Shown here: in pieces, positions 46,666 through 55,869 of the stretch
How positions within the stretch are numbered: position 1 is the stretch's first letter
How the letters are laid out: the number at the start of each line of letters is the position of its first letter
Origin: Escherichia coli
Lineage (GTDB): Bacteria > Pseudomonadota > Gammaproteobacteria > Enterobacterales > Enterobacteriaceae
Assembly: GCA_002099625.1 (NCBI GenBank)
Contig: GCA_002099625.1_4857.1
Length of the DNA: 64,000 bases
Strand: one strand, 5' to 3'
Notes under the pieces: generated by a model
Seen by the model: the letters and a program-made list of their open reading frames with translations, nothing else
Told to the model about the DNA's origin: nothing
Databases searched by the model: none
Made by a program: the position numbers and the translations under genes

Positions 46666-47703
46666 TTAGATAGCGACAGGTGCTTTAATTGGGTCGTGTG
46701 ATACGTAATCCTGGATCTCAAAATCATCGAACTTATAATCGAAGATAGATTCCGGTTTACGTTTGATGACCAGTTTCGCCAAAGGTAAAGGTTCGCGCGT
46801 CAGCTGCAGCTTGGCCTGCTCCAGATGGTTGGAGTACAGATGCACGTCACCGCCGCTCCAAACGAAATCGCCTGGCACCATGTTAACTTGCTGAGCTACC
46901 ATGTGTACGAGTAATGCGTAAGACGCGATATTGAACGGTACGCCAAGGAAAAAATCTGCACTACGTTGATAGAGCTGGCATGAAAGAATGCGGCGAGGTA
47001 TTTCAAGTGCGTCCATCTCAACGTGGAACACTGCGTCATCTGCTACAGCTTCATTACTAAAGCGGGAATCGTTAAATTGATCTGGAAGGTTCTTTTCAAA
47101 CCAATCAAGGCGCTCGTCGATAGACAGCTCACGAGTGTAGAACTGAAAGAACGCATGACACGGAGCTAACGCCATTTGATCCAACTCGCCCACGTTCCAT
47201 GCGCTGACAATAATACGACGACTGTCCGGGTCGTTACGCAGCTGGCCCATAACCGTCTGGATTTGGTCGTGCTCTTTCAGAAGTACACGCGCATCGAACA
47301 TTTGTGAACCATCGTCCGCGTCGCCATAATCTGCGTATCCAGCATCCTGCAGTTTCTCGAGTAAAGCTGCATTTTTCTTAGGCACCAGTTTCACATCTTT
47401 CCAACGTCTCCATTGTGCACCATAGATTTCACCTAGGTCACCGTTCTCATCTTGCCACTCACGCCAGATTGTGACCCCGTTGTCTTCCAGATATTTGGTG
47501 TTGGTGTCACCGTTAAGGAACCAGAGAAGTTCGTGAATAATAGAACGCAGGTGGAGTTTTTTAGTCGTGACTAACGGGAAGCCTTTGCGCAAATCAAAAC
47601 GCATTTGGCGACCAAAGACGGAGAGCGTCCCTGTCCCAGTACGATCGCCCTTAACATGCCCTTCATCCAGAATATTCTGCATCATTTCAAGATACTGTTT
47701 CAC
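46666..47703 (-). CDS. thyA: Thymidylate synthase (ThyA-type) with two insertions
   Basis: GTG start with AAGGAAA ribosome-binding site gives [15 protein letters not shown]...; near-identical blocks to E. coli ThyA ([50 protein letters not shown] with catalytic Cys, [19 protein letters not shown]); two extra segments of about 36 and 45 aa. Confidence 0.85.
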   Translation of the reverse strand: MKQYLEMMQNILDEGHVKGDRTGTGTLSVFGRQMRFDLRKGFPLVTTKKLHLRSIIHELLWFLNGDTNTKYLEDNGVTIWREWQDENGDLGEIYGAQWRRWKDVKLVPKKNAALLEKLQDAGYADYGDADDGSQMFDARVLLKEHDQIQTVMGQLRNDPDSRRIIVSAWNVGELDQMALAPCHAFFQFYTRELSIDERLDWFEKNLPDQFNDSRFSNEAVADDAVFHVEMDALEIPRRILSCQLYQRSADFFLGVPFNIASYALLVHMVAQQVNMVPGDFVWSGGDVHLYSNHLEQAKLQLTREPLPLAKLVIKRKPESIFDYKFDDFEIQDYVSHDPIKAPVAI

Positions 47704-47705
47704 AA

Positions 47706-48575
47706 TTATTTTCCTTTCAATAAATTCAAAATGTCTCTTAAATCGTCGTTCGCACAAATGTTTACGGCGTTACCGTCGAACTTAACATCAACGCGAGGGT
47801 TACGATTGAACAACATTTGTTTTCTTACTATCCACGGTTCAAAGTGCGCCTTGAGAAGCTCTTGCAGCTTTTCGTTCATAATGTCCTCCATCCGCAGCAA
47901 TAGCTGCGGCATGGCGACTTCACCGTTATGTTCGGTTTGTAAATCATTCGATGTGGCCAAAAGGCAATTTACAATAATGTCGTGAACTGACTCGTTGGTT
48001 TTGTACACCGTCTGATAGGTTTGTTTCGCCAAATCGTCGTCGGATAACGGCAACGATGCTTTGAGCAGTTCGCCGAGCGTGCTTGTCGTTTCAGGCGTCT
48101 TAACGAGCTTACGATGGCCATTAAAAACAACACGGTCAAACTCCAGCCCGCAACGACACGCCAACAATTGATACTGTCTCATCAACTTACGAAGCAGCGC
48201 GCTATAACTCTTAGCGTCAGGTTCTGGTTCACGCAAAACAACACTAACGGTCTCGACTGCAATTAACATGAGCTGCTGCAGTTGTCCTTCTTTCGTGCCA
48301 GTTGTAGTACGAACAGACACCGCATCACTCAACGGAACGACAATATCACCGAGGTTAGAATGTGGACCGAGGTGTAGCAGCGCGGCAAATGTCCAAATCG
48401 ATTCACCGATACCGGCAGCCACCTTTAAGTTATCCAGTTCATCGACACCTGCTGAGATCCTGCCGAGTGTGACGTAATACTTCACCAACTGACGTTCAGT
48501 CGCTTTCTGTTGGTAAATATCTGTCTTGCGAAACCACTCTTCGACTGCCTGAACTTGCTGAATGATGCTAGGCAC
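47706..48575 (-). CDS. Hypothetical protein (about 289 aa)
   Basis: ORF 47706..48668; GGGAGGAAG ribosome-binding site precedes GTG at 48575, overlapping the upstream stop (GTGccTAG), suggesting translational coupling. Confidence 0.5.
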   Translation of the reverse strand: MPSIIQQVQAVEEWFRKTDIYQQKATERQLVKYYVTLGRISAGVDELDNLKVAAGIGESIWTFAALLHLGPHSNLGDIVVPLSDAVSVRTTTGTKEGQLQQLMLIAVETVSVVLREPEPDAKSYSALLRKLMRQYQLLACRCGLEFDRVVFNGHRKLVKTPETTSTLGELLKASLPLSDDDLAKQTYQTVYKTNESVHDIIVNCLLATSNDLQTEHNGEVAMPQLLLRMEDIMNEKLQELLKAHFEPWIVRKQMLFNRNPRVDVKFDGNAVNICANDDLRDILNLLKGK

Positions 48576-48990
48576 AGACTTCTTCCTCCCGATACGCGTA
48601 GCAGATTGCAAAGTTAAGCTGGCCGGTTGCGCGAGAAACGACAACGGCGATAGTCTGGTCTTCCACACCCGACATCGGTGTGCCCTGGTTAACCATTTGA
48701 CCTGCGGCCTTGCTTACCGGACCCAGCAAACGCCAGCTGTACAGACGGCTACGTAACGCTGCGTTTTGTAAGAAAGCGGAGCCGCAATCATAGTCGACAT
48801 TAAACGCTGCAAACATTGGACCACAGTCTGCCATCGTGCCGTTTAACGGCAGCTCGCTCGTTACCACAATCTTCACAGGCTTGTCTTTGAGACGCTGTGC
48901 TAACGCTTCCCAGTTAGCGTTATTAGTGCCAGCGATGATGGTGTTGTTCAGAAGTAAGCCAACGCCTTTTTCAAACGCGATATTGTTCAT
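48568..48990 (-). CDS. Hypothetical protein (140 aa)
   Basis: AAGGAGAA ribosome-binding site 5 nt before ATG at 48990. Confidence 0.6.
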   Translation of the reverse strand: MNNIAFEKGVGLLLNNTIIAGTNNANWEALAQRLKDKPVKIVVTSELPLNGTMADCGPMFAAFNVDYDCGSAFLQNAALRSRLYSWRLLGPVSKAAGQMVNQGTPMSGVEDQTIAVVVSRATGQLNFAICYAYREEEVCA

Positions 48991-49038
48991 TATAGTTCTC
49001 CTTGAGGTCTTTTACATACGTACAGCCGTGGCCGTAAA

Positions 49039-49401
49039 TTATCGAAGAATAAGAATTTGACTACAGTCGTGCACATTGTACGTATTCATCCTGGGCTTGC
49101 TAGGCGGGTTGAATCCCATCAATAATTCGCACAATACACGACCAGGCTGCCCACTGAAGATAACCAGATGCGTGGTGTCTTCGCCGTCTCCAAGTCGGGA
49201 GAAAGCAACGCGTGGCGACGCAGCTTGCGTGTAGAGTTGCAATAGTTGAAACTTACCTTCTGCGAAGGGAGCAAGTTTCTCTTTCCACTCGACCATAGAT
49301 GTTTCGTCGAGTTCTAACGTGCGTACACGTCTCCCGTCACTATCCGGAACACCACAAACAAACACGATTCCGTGACGATTAAAGAAGAAGCCGATTTGCA
49401 T
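49039..49401 (-). CDS. Hypothetical protein (120 aa)
   Basis: AAGGAG ribosome-binding site before ATG at 49401. Confidence 0.55.
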   Translation of the reverse strand: MQIGFFFNRHGIVFVCGVPDSDGRRVRTLELDETSMVEWKEKLAPFAEGKFQLLQLYTQAASPRVAFSRLGDGEDTTHLVIFSGQPGRVLCELLMGFNPPSKPRMNTYNVHDCSQILILR

Positions 49402-49418
49402 TTACATACTCCTTAAGA

Positions 49419-49453
49419 TAAAAAATAAAGATACCCTCTCCCGAAGGAGAGGG
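49419..49453 (-). terminator. Rho-independent terminator
   Basis: Hairpin ccctctcc-cgaa-ggagaggg (49434-49453) followed on the minus strand by a U-run; downstream of CDS 49460..50122. Confidence 0.55.
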
Positions 49454-49459
49454 CACGAC

Positions 49460-50122
49460 TTAGATGCGGGTTTCATTATCCCAGTAGTTCCGAATGACTT
49501 CCTGGGCTTCAGCATCCGACGGGTTGCCTGGAATAGCGTCTTCTACTGCAAACGGCAATACGTCCTTGATAGACGTCAGCTCAAATCGCTCAACTTCCAG
49601 TTCGACTTTTACCCACTCGCCGAATGTAGTGGAGTCGCGCAGTTCGTTGACAAGGTCTTCGAAACCTGCCTGCGATTCGATAACTGGGTGACCTGCCAGT
49701 TTAAAGAACAAGTCGATATCCCAATGCTTCGCACCTTGCTCTGCCAGTTCACCTGGTTCGAGTTTGATACGACGCACGAGATGTGCAAGATTGCCATCTT
49801 CGTAGAAGGTCAGACCCGAGGCAAACCCGATATCCGAGTTCTCTTCGATACGACCATCAGATGCTTGTCGTTTTAACGTTAAGACTGCGGTTTTATCGGT
49901 GGACAACCGCACACGACGTTTGCCGTTAACGACCGGCATGATGACATCCAGGAACGTTTCACCTGTCTGACCAAACAGCCATTGCCAACCTTCTTCAGTG
50001 GGTTTAACCCACATGCAATACTCACGTTCCTTCTCCGTAGAGATGGACTCACGCGCAACAGTAATGACTTCTTTTTCCTGCTGCTCGTCTAAGTTTTTGA
50101 GAATATCAAATAGTCCCATCAT
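49460..50122 (-). CDS. Hypothetical protein (220 aa)
   Basis: ORF in block. Confidence 0.6.
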   Translation of the reverse strand: MMGLFDILKNLDEQQEKEVITVARESISTEKEREYCMWVKPTEEGWQWLFGQTGETFLDVIMPVVNGKRRVRLSTDKTAVLTLKRQASDGRIEENSDIGFASGLTFYEDGNLAHLVRRIKLEPGELAEQGAKHWDIDLFFKLAGHPVIESQAGFEDLVNELRDSTTFGEWVKVELEVERFELTSIKDVLPFAVEDAIPGNPSDAEAQEVIRNYWDNETRI

Positions 50123-50957
50123 CGATTCCTAGTTTCTTCAAAAGTTCGGTTCGATCAAACGTACTGTCCTCAGGATCGATATGTTCAGCTATCATCTCAA
50201 TCAGATTTGGTAGCCAGTCCCAGTGTGCTGGGAATATCTTACGCCCTTGCATCATGTAATAATGCTTAAGCGGGATACGTGCTCGCAGAATCTCTGCAAA
50301 TACATTACCTAACGATGTCCCGTCGACCGACAGTATAAAGAGTTTATTTACCAGCGCATGGATAAAGCGGCTTTCTGTAACCGGGGTAAATGAACCGGGC
50401 TTATAACTGGTTCCTCCGTAGATTTCCGCTTTCAGATTACGACCTAGCCGGATACAGTCGCTGCCATCTAGTGCACGCAACTTCTCAATATCAGGCCAGG
50501 TGTTCACTGCCTGTCGCATGATATCAAATTCCATCACCGAAGTGCGGTTATCAATTTCACGCATTAAGTAATCCAGAATACGCAGGTAATGATAATAACC
50601 TTCGAGCGTCCGGAAAGGTCCGTGGGGGGTAACAAAATACTCACCAGGGCGAGCATAGAAGTTACTCGCCATCCGACCTATCTCAGTTCGCCCCTGCGAA
50701 TAGATGTTGAAGTGATTCAGACCGTCTGTAGACGGCGTGATATCCACCAAGGTACTCTGGTAACCCATACGCAGTAAATAGCGTACAAAGGCTTCCTTTT
50801 CTTCTGGTGGTAGGATGGGACGTAAAACAGGATATGTGGCTTCTACCGAGGCGGGCAACGTAAACCCAAAAGCAGCCGCCAAAGCATCCACCGATGCACC
50901 ATCGACACGTAGACGTTCCAACGCACTACGCAAAAACTTACCTTCATCTTTCGACAT
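50106..50957 (-). CDS. Hypothetical protein (283 aa)
   Basis: ORF in block. Confidence 0.6.
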   Translation of the reverse strand: MSKDEGKFLRSALERLRVDGASVDALAAAFGFTLPASVEATYPVLRPILPPEEKEAFVRYLLRMGYQSTLVDITPSTDGLNHFNIYSQGRTEIGRMASNFYARPGEYFVTPHGPFRTLEGYYHYLRILDYLMREIDNRTSVMEFDIMRQAVNTWPDIEKLRALDGSDCIRLGRNLKAEIYGGTSYKPGSFTPVTESRFIHALVNKLFILSVDGTSLGNVFAEILRARIPLKHYYMMQGRKIFPAHWDWLPNLIEMIAEHIDPEDSTFDRTELLKKLGIDDGTI

Positions 50958-50966
50958 AGAGGTACC

Positions 50967-52241
50967 TTACAAGGCGAAATAGCTCTGCACCAGCGTACTG
51001 GCAGACTGATATTGGACACTACCACCGGCGATAACGTACGGACGTTTCTCGGTGGTCAGGAGTGCTTGAATCGCATTACTGTTGGCGTACGTGTAAAGCT
51101 TAAGCTCAACCATTCCAGGATTCGTTTTAGAGATATCCCAGTTTGGATTAAGCGCATTAAACAACGTCAACAGTCGCTGACCGTAGGTGCTGTAACCCAC
51201 CCCCGGCTCAACGTTAAGGTTCATCAGAAGATTCTGAATAACAGTATCTGCAATCTCAGCACCTTGACCTGGCTGTAGTTTAGGCAAGTAATACTCAACA
51301 GAATTGAGATTGCCAGCAGCCGCAGCCTGTATCATCAGTTCGCCGTACAACGCTTGTTGTGCAATAGGATCGGTGATAGCCTGAATCATCGGATCGATGC
51401 GATTCGGCAGACCGTATTGATTGAGCTTTGTGGACATACCGTATATCAACGCAGACGAGGTGTTGATATCCAGCGAGGAGAAATTCCCACTCCCGCCCGT
51501 AAAGCTATCAATGATCCCGTCGATAGACAAGAAGTCGTCCAGGTCCTTAAAGCTATCAAACGTGTGCGTAACATCGTCAATCAGTGCGGTGACTTGCCAC
51601 TTGGCGCTATTGGCCATATCGACGTAGTTACCGATTTCACGCTGTACCTCACCAGGCAGTTTGGCAAGCTGTCCCGCGATGTTCATCGTGGACTCCAGGC
51701 GAGCTTTCACTGACGCATAATCTGTCCCGACCGCGCTTAAAGCGCTATCGCGAAGATCAGTCAGTGTATCCCATCCCTTACTTAACAGACTACCTGCACC
51801 GCCCGGTGAGAGATAGCTCAGTGCAGTTTTCCCTTCCTGGTTTACCTTCTGAAAGGGTTCGGACACATCGCGCTTCTGTGGATCGATAACTGGCAGCGCT
51901 TCTTTCGTGTTGGAAGCAAAAGTAGGCACACGTTGAGGCGGCGATACTCCGGAAGCCGCTGAACCTGCTGCCTTTTTACCACCTACCGTGACTTGGTCGC
52001 CACCCCCGAACACGTTACCAAATTTTTCACTTATCGTGTTGCCAATGTTGGAGATCTTGTCGAAAGTTTCCCCTGCTTTGGCGGTTACGTTATTGTACAA
52101 ATTTTGAGCACTTTCAATACCGCGCTCGGCATTACCAATTGTTGACTGGACACGGTTTTGAACATCGTTAACTTTGTTCTCTATTGCGCCCGTTGTGCTG
52201 CTTATCTGGTTGGTAATCCCATCAAGGTTGTTCAGTTTCAT
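50967..52241 (-). CDS. Hypothetical protein, possible virion or fibre-like protein (424 aa)
   Basis: N-terminal heptad-like, Asn/Gln/Ser-rich segment (AIENKVNDVQNRVQSTIGNAERGIESAQNLYNN) and Gly/Ser-rich regions. Confidence 0.55.
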   Translation of the reverse strand: MKLNNLDGITNQISSTTGAIENKVNDVQNRVQSTIGNAERGIESAQNLYNNVTAKAGETFDKISNIGNTISEKFGNVFGGGDQVTVGGKKAAGSAASGVSPPQRVPTFASNTKEALPVIDPQKRDVSEPFQKVNQEGKTALSYLSPGGAGSLLSKGWDTLTDLRDSALSAVGTDYASVKARLESTMNIAGQLAKLPGEVQREIGNYVDMANSAKWQVTALIDDVTHTFDSFKDLDDFLSIDGIIDSFTGGSGNFSSLDINTSSALIYGMSTKLNQYGLPNRIDPMIQAITDPIAQQALYGELMIQAAAAGNLNSVEYYLPKLQPGQGAEIADTVIQNLLMNLNVEPGVGYSTYGQRLLTLFNALNPNWDISKTNPGMVELKLYTYANSNAIQALLTTEKRPYVIAGGSVQYQSASTLVQSYFAL

Positions 52242-53100
52242 TGGAACTCCAGAATCTATACGTCGCTAACGGAACGTCGTCGCTGACCTCATATTCTCTA
52301 CCGCTACGATGACGAACTTTGAAAGTGATTTCGAACTCACGTACGTCCAGCGCTTGTAAGATTATTAGAAACCAACGCCAGGTGATTGCCTCGGTGTGAC
52401 GCATCGCCTGTTTCATGTTGTTTCGTCTGTCCCCACGTTTGGATGATGTGCCTGGGCACAACTTAGGGTTGTTGACGTAGTTCGTCGTCCACCGTTCCAG
52501 TTTATCACCATCGATTTTATACCCACGAATAACTTTGTAGATTAAACGCAGGAGAATGTGCTTCATCACATGTTCGATAGTGTGGTCGATGTTCGCGACA
52601 TACTCGTTAACGTCGTAAGATGCGGGATGCTCGAAACGCTCTTTACGTTTCTTCCTGTTCTCATTACGTAAGTTCTTAATGAAGTCCTCACGCACAAACG
52701 TACTGTCGAATACAAAACACTTCGTGTCAAAGCTTCCCCGCTTAGTCAGCAGGGTGACTGTTAGCGTTTGCATCTCCAGGATAACTAATCCCTCGATGAA
52801 ACGTTTCCACGTAAAATCGACTGTCAGGTTACGTACCGAACCACCCGTAAGTGAGGTGTTCAGCCGGTTAACGCGGTCGGTCATCGTGGTCAGTTTGCTG
52901 TCACGAAACTGTTTCAGATACTCCGGGTCGTTGACATGTTGACGGATAAGGTCTTTCCATATCCCGTCGCTAATACCCATCAACTTAACCAGATTCCAAT
53001 AAGCTTTCCTTAACGGGTAGCTGGAATCTGACGCCGGTGGCGTACCGTGCCAAATTTGCTCGCGTGTGCTATTCAGCGGCGGCTTTTTCTCATCATCCAT
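52222..53100 (-). CDS. Hypothetical protein (292 aa)
   Basis: ORF in block. Confidence 0.55.
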   Translation of the reverse strand: MDDEKKPPLNSTREQIWHGTPPASDSSYPLRKAYWNLVKLMGISDGIWKDLIRQHVNDPEYLKQFRDSKLTTMTDRVNRLNTSLTGGSVRNLTVDFTWKRFIEGLVILEMQTLTVTLLTKRGSFDTKCFVFDSTFVREDFIKNLRNENRKKRKERFEHPASYDVNEYVANIDHTIEHVMKHILLRLIYKVIRGYKIDGDKLERWTTNYVNNPKLCPGTSSKRGDRRNNMKQAMRHTEAITWRWFLIILQALDVREFEITFKVRHRSGREYEVSDDVPLATYRFWSSNETEQP

Positions 53101-53133
53101 ACATCACCTTGTTACAAGGGAATAGATTAAAAG

Positions 53134-53664
53134 TTAGAGATAGTGTTCCACTATCACTTCTAACTCGCGGAAGATATGTGCGGTTTGATTAAACAGCGTA
53201 TCCTGTTCGGGTGTTTGTTTATCAAATGCACGCTGATACAGTTCTAACATAGCGAAGACTGTGCGCAGTTTATCGCGCGCGACTTCAGGATCGGATGCAC
53301 CGAAATAATGATCAAGCCATCGTGGTTCTGAACTCTCTCCTTTTCTATCGATTGCCTCAGGCAACTCTAACCAACGTTGATTGGGAATGTTGCTACTGGA
53401 TACACGGTTATACTCAGAAATGAAGAATTCCAATCGCTCCACCAACGTGTCAAAATCTCGAATACGTAATTCGAGTTGTCCACGCAATGAAAAAGGAAGG
53501 TATTCTTTCCCATTATATTCCAGAGGCTCTGTAATGAGTTCTAAGCCCACCATCACTCTGTGCAGGGTGTTATGGGTATTCTTATGAAACTCAGCCTCCA
53601 AAGAGCGTCTGCGAGCTTCTATAGCCTTACGACGCAGGAGTGTTGAAAGCCATTTAAAAAGCAT
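53134..53664 (-). CDS. Hypothetical protein (176 aa)
   Basis: ORF; recurring motif lies about 33 bp upstream of its start. Confidence 0.55.
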   Translation of the reverse strand: MLFKWLSTLLRRKAIEARRRSLEAEFHKNTHNTLHRVMVGLELITEPLEYNGKEYLPFSLRGQLELRIRDFDTLVERLEFFISEYNRVSSSNIPNQRWLELPEAIDRKGESSEPRWLDHYFGASDPEVARDKLRTVFAMLELYQRAFDKQTPEQDTLFNQTAHIFRELEVIVEHYL

Positions 53665-53697
53665 AGGTGTTATCCTATTATGAGATGTTGTCTCGGA

Positions 53698-53716
53698 TAG
53701 ATAATATCTGTCTGAG
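53698..53716. promoter_or_regulatory. Copy 3 of recurring near-palindromic motif (tagataatatctgtctgag)
   Basis: In a 76-bp divergent intergenic region between the minus gene start at 53664 and the plus gene start at 53741. Confidence 0.5.
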
Positions 53717-53740
53717 TTCTTTTTGAGATGAGGTTATCCC

Positions 53741-54211
53741 ATGAGCGAAGAAGTGAAATACCAAGCGTTCGACGGAGATGTGGACAACGAAGATTCGCTT
53801 CTCCGCCAAACACAACAGCTACGCGTTAAGCTCGTCACGGATATGGTGAACGACGGTGAAGTACACAAAGACTTAAAAGCCGTCGACCGAATCGAACGCC
53901 TAATCAACGGCATCGACAAACAGGTCATGACGAAGCGGAAAATTAAAGCTGCTGAGAAAGGCGCTGAGGCGACTCAAGATTTGGCCAACAGTTTAAACGG
54001 CTTCTTAATGACCCGTGCAGGCGTTGGTATCAAACGTCACGACGATGAAGAAGATTTAAATAACGGATACCAACCCACCGTCCCACAGATTGCCGCAGTA
54101 CGGCCTCCGAAAGAAGGTGAGTTGGCACCAGTAGGCGAAAAGATTGACGTTGACCAGATCATGGCGTCTGCGTTTGCGAGTCGTCGTCCTGCTGATGACG
54201 ACGAAGACTAA
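53741..54211 (+). CDS. Hypothetical acidic protein (156 aa, C-terminal DDDED)
   Basis: GAGG ribosome-binding site; the only plus-strand gene in this region; 3' end overlaps the convergent gene by about 50 nt. Confidence 0.55.
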   Translation: MSEEVKYQAFDGDVDNEDSLLRQTQQLRVKLVTDMVNDGEVHKDLKAVDRIERLINGIDKQVMTKRKIKAAEKGAEATQDLANSLNGFLMTRAGVGIKRHDDEEDLNNGYQPTVPQIAAVRPPKEGELAPVGEKIDVDQIMASAFASRRPADDDED

Positions 54212-54887
54212 ACAGAGCAGTGTCCTTTACGTCAGTACCGACGTATTGAGCAAGAAAACGGGTGGACTCCTTAAAGGGGTTCACCTTATCTCTTTTTATT
54301 TGCGCGATTGCTTCTTCCGTCAATTCGCTGGTCAGCATACTCGGTCGGGTAATGGTGAAATCCGGAATCGGTTTCTGGAAATGGCCCGCGTGTTGTTCTA
54401 TCCACGGGTACCAGTCGTACATTATCCAACCGTCCCACGCCGAAGCAAGTCGTCCTGGTGTAAGATCGCTGTGAGGAATAACAACGACGTCTACTTGCAC
54501 TTCGTTGTAGTAGTAGCGAAGTTCTTCCAAAAACGCATGACGTTCTTCATCATCGAGATCGGCGTATGGCCACAGGTTAAACGTTAAGACAGGTCGCTCG
54601 ATAGGAGCGTGCATCTGTATCGTCATTAACATTGCCTGTACTTCGTTCTTTAGCGTAAGCAACATTTCTGTTGGCTGCGCGTTCTGCAACGCGCGTTTAT
54701 CACGCTCCGCGAACTTTTTATTCCAGTCCTGAATTCCTACCACTTCGGCCCACGCATCCGTGAACCGCATCCGATACACTTCTAAATCAAGCTTCTCTAA
54801 TACATCAGGCTGCAGCACTTTCGCCCAACCAATTCGTGTATCGAAGATTGTGTCGATATCGACTAAGAAACGGCGTCCTAATCTCAT
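54159..54887 (-). CDS. Hypothetical protein (242 aa)
   Basis: ORF in block. Confidence 0.55.
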   Translation of the reverse strand: MRLGRRFLVDIDTIFDTRIGWAKVLQPDVLEKLDLEVYRMRFTDAWAEVVGIQDWNKKFAERDKRALQNAQPTEMLLTLKNEVQAMLMTIQMHAPIERPVLTFNLWPYADLDDEERHAFLEELRYYYNEVQVDVVVIPHSDLTPGRLASAWDGWIMYDWYPWIEQHAGHFQKPIPDFTITRPSMLTSELTEEAIAQIKRDKVNPFKESTRFLAQYVGTDVKDTALFSLRRHQQDDDSQTQTP

Positions 54888-55552
54888 TCCGGGCGTCCTA
54901 AGTTGTTACCGATGTGCATTGCTTTAAAGTACGAAGACCATGTACGCGGCGCTTTTGAACTGGTACGCTCAGCCCCTTCCAGGTTGATGCGACCTTTACC
55001 GGTTTGCCGTAGCGATTGATAGAACGCACGTTGTAACGTATCGTTACCACCACGCGCCCACAGGAACTCCTGGAGCGTTGAGTCGTGTCCATCCGAGTAC
55101 ATGATGTACGCTTCTGGAAACGAAACACCCGAGGCTTTGGAAGGCCCTACTACCTGACCTGAGAGTTTATCGCGGACTTTATCGTTCTTCGCCACCGCCA
55201 TTTTCTTCTCTTGCATCTGCGTCTGGCGACGTGCAGGTAGCCGGAAGACTAAATGGGGGTAACGGGTACGCTGTAGGATACCGGTTTTCGGTTCCGTGAG
55301 CCACAGGCGCTGACACAAGTTCAGTCCCATCGCTTCGCAAATTTTAATATTGCGCATATGGTCAATTTTGACCTTGCCGCCAGTTGGGTTGTAAACAGGC
55401 AACCCTTCGCGCAGACGATTGAACTCTTCGTCAGACATTCGTGAGAAAGCGCGCTTGGCAGCTTCCGCGTTAATCCCGGTCGGGTCAACTAAGTTCAGTA
55501 ACTGTAAAGCATAAGCTTCTGCTTTTTTTCGCCGTGCCGGGTCTAATCTCAT
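54884..55552 (-). CDS. Hypothetical basic protein (222 aa)
   Basis: ORF in block; 4-nt overlaps on both sides. Confidence 0.55.
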   Translation of the reverse strand: MRLDPARRKKAEAYALQLLNLVDPTGINAEAAKRAFSRMSDEEFNRLREGLPVYNPTGGKVKIDHMRNIKICEAMGLNLCQRLWLTEPKTGILQRTRYPHLVFRLPARRQTQMQEKKMAVAKNDKVRDKLSGQVVGPSKASGVSFPEAYIMYSDGHDSTLQEFLWARGGNDTLQRAFYQSLRQTGKGRINLEGAERTSSKAPRTWSSYFKAMHIGNNLGRPE

Positions 55553-55824
55553 TTTTTCATCCTCTCGCGGAGCACTGGAAGAACCACACGTTCCAGGTCT
55601 TCAATCCAGTACGGGATATCTTCATTGTGTTCAGGCACACCGACCGCATCAACCTTCGGTTTATCATTAATCAGGTTGCCGTAATGGGCATTTACCTGAT
55701 GACTAAATTCAGACAGTGCATGTCGCGGTGCTGAGAACTCGTTATGGAACGCGGTGCTAAGTTCCTGGCTAATACCAGCGAGACCCAGACACAGACGCTC
55801 TACAATATCTTTCTGATAACGCAT
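55549..55824 (-). CDS. Hypothetical protein (91 aa)
   Basis: ORF in block. Confidence 0.5.
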   Translation of the reverse strand: MRYQKDIVERLCLGLAGISQELSTAFHNEFSAPRHALSEFSHQVNAHYGNLINDKPKVDAVGVPEHNEDIPYWIEDLERVVLPVLRERMKK

Positions 55825-55837
55825 CGCTAATCCTCAG

Positions 55838-55864
55838 GGGAAAAAACAGGCGGGTTGCCCCGCC
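55838..55864 (-). terminator. Rho-independent terminator
   Basis: Hairpin ggcggg-ttgc-cccgcc followed on the minus strand by a U-run (A-run 55840-55846); downstream of CDS 55870..57363. Confidence 0.5.
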
Positions 55865-55869
55865 CATGC

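Noticed and set aside
48568-48990. 140-aa protein as dihydrofolate reductase, by position upstream of thyA as in T4 frd-td
   Set aside because: No dihydrofolate reductase signature motifs could be aligned; left as hypothetical.
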